Positions 29,248 to 32,000 of a DNA stretch of 32,000 nucleotides are shown here, piece by piece (the stretch's first letter is position 1; each line of letters begins with the position of its first letter). The stretch comes from Haloferax volcanii DS2 (GTDB lineage: Archaea > Halobacteriota > Halobacteria > Halobacteriales > Haloferacaceae): contig NC_013967.1 of assembly GCF_000025685.1 (NCBI RefSeq), positions 1,440,001-1,472,000 on the forward strand, in the 5' to 3' direction. Under the pieces are notes generated by a model. It had not been told where the DNA came from. It worked only from the letters and a program-made list of their open reading frames with translations, and made no database searches. A program made the translations under genes and the position numbers.

Positions 29248-30627
29248 TCACCGACGCCGGGCCGCCACCCGTTCTTCCGCCGTCTCGACGCTCACGAGTT
29301 CGTAGAGCGTCGCGGTCGAGCCGTCGGTCTTCGGCCGGAGGATACGGCCGAGTCGCTGGGTGAACTCGCGTTCCGACCCCGACCCCGAAAGCAGGATGCC
29401 GACGTTGGCGTCGGGCACGTCCACGCCCTCGTCGAGCACGTTGGCCGCGACGACGGTGTCGTAGGTCCCGTCGCGGAAGCGGTCGAGGATTTCGCGGCGC
29501 TCTTTCGTCCCGGTCTCGTTGGTTATCGGCGGGACGAGGAAGCGCCGCGAGATGCGGTAGACGAGGTCGGTCGAGGCGGTGAAGACGATGACGCGGTCCT
29601 CGCGGTGTCGCGCGAGCAGTCGCGCCAGCTTGTCCACTTTCGCCTCGGAGTTCATCATCACGTCGCGGGCGCGCTGCTTGGCGAGCAGTGCCTCCCGCGC
29701 CCGCGGGTCGTTGCCCGACCGCATCACGAGCTTCTGGTAGTCGCTTCCCGACTGCATCGACAGCCCCGAGGTGCGCAGGTAGTTCACGAACGTCTCCTGG
29801 GCCTGGTCGTACGTCTCGCGCTCGTCGGCCGTCAGTTCGACCTCGATGCGACGGACCTCGTAATCAGCGAGGTGGTCGCCCGCCAAATCGTCCACGTCGA
29901 GGCGGTACACCCGCGGGCCGACGAGTTCCTCGACGCGCTCGTGCGCGCCGTCCGGTCGCTCGAACGTCGCCGTCAGGCCGAGGCGGGCGGGCGCGGCGAG
30001 GAACCGCGGGATGTCCCGGTATCCCTCGCCGCCGAGGTGGTGCACCTCGTCGAAGACGACGAGGCCGAAGTCGCCCCCCACGTCGTCGGCGCGGAGGTAC
30101 GCCGAGTCGTACGTCGAGACCGTGATGGCCTCCTGCGTCTGTTCGCCGCCGCCGAAGCGCCCGACCGGCACGTCGAACTCGGTTTCGAGTTCGCGTATCC
30201 ACTGGTCCTGTAAATCGATGGTCGGCACGACGACGAGCGTCGGGACCGAGCGGGCGACCATCGCCGCGACCGCCAGCACCGTCTTACCCGCGCCGGTCGG
30301 GAGTTCCACGACGCCCGCTGCGTCTGCATCGAGCCACGCGTCGAGGGCGGCGCGCTGGTAGTCGCGGAGGTCGTAAGTCGTCGAAAGCGAGAGCGGGGAG
30401 TCGAGGGCGGCCGCGACCCGGTCGTCGGAGTCGACGCCGGCCGCGTCGAGCGCGTCCCGAACCGCGGCGTACCGAATCGCAGGGGCGCGATAGCCGCCGC
30501 TTCGGGGGTCGGCTTCGACGCTCGGTACGTCGGCGAGGGCGGCCCGAACGTCGGAGTCGTCGCCCGCAGCGCTGTCGCCGTCAGTGCCGATGTGGACGGT
30601 TCCGTCCTCGAATCGGAGGGTCGTCAC
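29248..30627 (-). CDS. XPB/Rad25-type SF2 DNA helicase
   Basis: 459 aa with a GTG start. ATTTAT (minus sense) lies 27-32 nt upstream. Motif I ELPTGAGKT, Ia TLVVVPT, II DEVHH, III GLTATFER, VI-type QRLGRILR. N-terminal XPB-like damage-recognition-type domain. Confidence 0.9.
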   Translation of the reverse strand: MTTLRFEDGTVHIGTDGDSAAGDDSDVRAALADVPSVEADPRSGGYRAPAIRYAAVRDALDAAGVDSDDRVAAALDSPLSLSTTYDLRDYQRAALDAWLDADAAGVVELPTGAGKTVLAVAAMVARSVPTLVVVPTIDLQDQWIRELETEFDVPVGRFGGGEQTQEAITVSTYDSAYLRADDVGGDFGLVVFDEVHHLGGEGYRDIPRFLAAPARLGLTATFERPDGAHERVEELVGPRVYRLDVDDLAGDHLADYEVRRIEVELTADERETYDQAQETFVNYLRTSGLSMQSGSDYQKLVMRSGNDPRAREALLAKQRARDVMMNSEAKVDKLARLLARHREDRVIVFTASTDLVYRISRRFLVPPITNETGTKERREILDRFRDGTYDTVVAANVLDEGVDVPDANVGILLSGSGSEREFTQRLGRILRPKTDGSTATLYELVSVETAEERVAARRR

Positions 30628-30777
30628 TACCGGCGCGTTGGCGGGGCGCGGTGATAAATCGACGGTCCCGCGGTGGACACGCGGGCCGAGCCGGGCGGGA
30701 GTGTCTCGGGGTTCCGGCCCGCCGCCCGCCGCCCGCGGGCCGAAGATTCAAATCCGATGACGGGGCTACGGACGTGT

Positions 30778-30927
30778 ATGAGCGACGACCTCGACGACGC
30801 GGTCGCACAGTTCCTCAGCGACTACAACAGCGCGATGAAGGAGTACGAGAAGGGCTACGTCGACGCCGACGCGACGCTGTCGGTCATCGACGCGCACATC
30901 GACGAATTGCGAGCGGCGCGGGAGTAG
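30778..30927 (+). CDS. 49-aa acidic helical microprotein, unknown function
   Basis: MSDDLDDAVAQFLSDYNSAMKEYEKGYVDADATLSVIDAHIDELRAARE. TTCAAAT lies 25-31 nt upstream of the ATG. Codon usage is GC3-rich like its neighbours. The longer track ORF (30673) is Arg/Pro-rich and unlikely. Confidence 0.45.
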   Translation: MSDDLDDAVAQFLSDYNSAMKEYEKGYVDADATLSVIDAHIDELRAARE

Positions 30928-30928
30928 T

Positions 30929-31381
30929 TCAGTACCACAGCGAATCATCGCTACACCCGGTCCCTTTGAGTTTAATCTCCGCGTCCGTGGAGATGACGAT
31001 GTACATGCTGGGTGTTGGTGAGTCGTACCCGGAGCAGTCGGGCAGGTACGTGAACTCTCGGTCGCCGATATTGTGGCTCAGGGCTTCGATGCGGGCGATG
31101 TACGGCCGAGCGGGAGCAACCGCCGGAAAGTTCAGTCTCGGAACGTCCCCGTCCTCGGGTTGCGCCTCGATGTCGATATACTCCATCCACGCGAGTCCTT
31201 CGCCCCACTCGTCGGCACCGCGGCGAACGAGTTGCACGGTCACGGAGTGCGGTTGGTCGTGGAAGTTCATCACCGAGAGCGACAGCTTCGGCCTGTGTTC
31301 CTGATACACCGCGTTTCCGACGAGGCCGATGCCACCGAGTCCGGCAACTGCGCCAGCGACCATCTGTCGTCTAGACATCAT
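30929..31381 (-). CDS. Tat-signal / N-terminally anchored secreted protein, unknown function, in a lower-GC stretch
   Basis: 150 aa. MMSRRQMVAGAVAGLGGIGLVG (SRRxxV twin-arginine-like). No lipobox Cys and no recognised domain. Confidence 0.6.
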   Translation of the reverse strand: MMSRRQMVAGAVAGLGGIGLVGNAVYQEHRPKLSLSVMNFHDQPHSVTVQLVRRGADEWGEGLAWMEYIDIEAQPEDGDVPRLNFPAVAPARPYIARIEALSHNIGDREFTYLPDCSGYDSPTPSMYIVISTDAEIKLKGTGCSDDSLWY

Positions 31382-31412
31382 AAACTGGGCTACCGAACCG
31401 GGGGCGAAAAAC

Positions 31413-32000
31413 TTACTCCCCGATGAGCCCGCGAATCCGCTCGACGTATGCCGCGAACTCGCTTTCGGTCCGCTCGCGCGGGCGGTCGATATCGACCGAG
31501 ACGATTTCGCGGACGCGACCGGGGTTGGCGGCCATGACGACCACGCGGTCTGCGAGCGTGACCGCCTCCTCCACGTCGTGGGTGACGAACAGCACCGTCT
31601 TGTCCGTCTCCGCCCAGATGTCGAGCAGTTCGCCGTGGAGCATGTCGCGGGTCTGCGCGTCGACCGCGCCGAACGGCTCGTCCATGAGGAACAGTTCGGG
31701 GTCGACCGCGAGCGCTCGGGCGATGCCGACGCGCTGTTTCATCCCGCCGGACAGCTCTTTGGGATAGGCGTCGGCGAAGCCGTCGAGGCCGACGAGTTCG
31801 AGCATCTCCGTCACGCGCTCCGAGCGCGCCGGCTCCTCGACGCCCTGTTCTTCGAGCCCGAAGGCGACGTTCTCGCTGACGGTCCGCCACGGGAACAGCC
31901 CGTACTCTTGGAACACCATCCCGCGGTCGGTTCCGGGGCCGGTGACGGGCGAGCCGTCGAGGGTGACCGCGCCCGAGGTGGCGTCTTCGAGACCGGCGAT
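31413..32000 (-). CDS. ABC transporter ATP-binding protein (NitT/TauT nitrate/sulfonate/bicarbonate-type), C-terminal part; N-terminus beyond the right edge
   Basis: The frame stays open to the window end (...IAGLEDATSGAVTLDGSPVTGPGTDRGMVFQEY...). Q-loop VFQEY, signature LSGGMKQRVGIARAL, Walker B LFLMDEPFGAVD, H-loop FVTHD. Confidence 0.9.
   Translation of the reverse strand: MAGLEDATSGAVTLDGSPVTGPGTDRGMVFQEYGLFPWRTVSENVAFGLEEQGVEEPARSERVTEMLELVGLDGFADAYPKELSGGMKQRVGIARALAVDPELFLMDEPFGAVDAQTRDMLHGELLDIWAETDKTVLFVTHDVEEAVTLADRVVVMAANPGRVREIVSVDIDRPRERTESEFAAYVERIRGLIGE

Noticed and set aside
30745-30770. GATTCAAATCC, resembling a tRNA T-loop (TTCAAAT), next to a lower-GC gene. This raised the possibility of a tRNA-fragment att site.
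   Set aside because: The flanking bases do not form a T-stem (GAAGA versus CCGAT are not complementary) and no acceptor-stem partner or cloverleaf exists. The A/T stretch is better explained as the TATA-like box of the 49-aa ORF.

Overview
High-GC, acidic-proteome archaeal chromosome segment. Gene content is typical of Halobacteria, and from memory the gyrB/gyrA/dnaK sequences and gene order look Haloferax-like; that assignment is inference, not a search result. The window is densely packed core genome with about 31 protein genes. From left to right: top6B (edge-truncated, missing from the ORF track) divergent from gyrB-gyrA; a membrane protein; arginase-NUDIX (overlapping TGATG); an SDR epimerase; a wHTH regulator; NDH-2; a cdd / metzincin-lipoprotein / udp operon; two small membrane proteins; a GNAT divergent from an ACS-family acyl-CoA synthetase; a DAACS symporter; a truncated P-loop-less adenylate-forming-enzyme homologue; a cupin; dnaJ, dnaK, an alpha/beta hydrolase and grpE; a PAC2-type proteasome assembly chaperone; a NOL1/NOP2/Sun m5C RNA methyltransferase translationally coupled to a stand-alone PUA-like domain gene; Bax1 (DUF790) and XPB/Rad25 separated by an oppositely oriented Tat lipoprotein gene; a 49-aa microprotein; a lower-GC Tat-signal protein; and an edge-truncated ABC ATPase. 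Many ORF-track entries carry spurious N-terminal extensions. I trimmed starts using homology and TATA-like A/T hexamers that sit 24-32 nt upstream of the proposed start codons, the leaderless pattern known for haloarchaea. I found no CRISPR array, IS or transposase, integrase, tRNA or rRNA, and no recognisable defence island. I cannot point to a clear-cut new system. The most unusual items are: (1) a secreted Zn-metzincin lipoprotein inside a pyrimidine-nucleoside salvage operon; (2) the XPB-Bax1 pair split by an antisense lipoprotein gene; (3) a degenerate 235-aa adenylate-forming pseudoenzyme next to a roughly 38% GC spacer with three GAATT sites phased at exactly 18 bp; (4) a 13-bp perfect inverted repeat bracketing the PAC2 promoter; (5) a split RsmF-like methyltransferase/PUA gene pair. 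The long antisense ORFs throughout are high-GC shadow ORFs.
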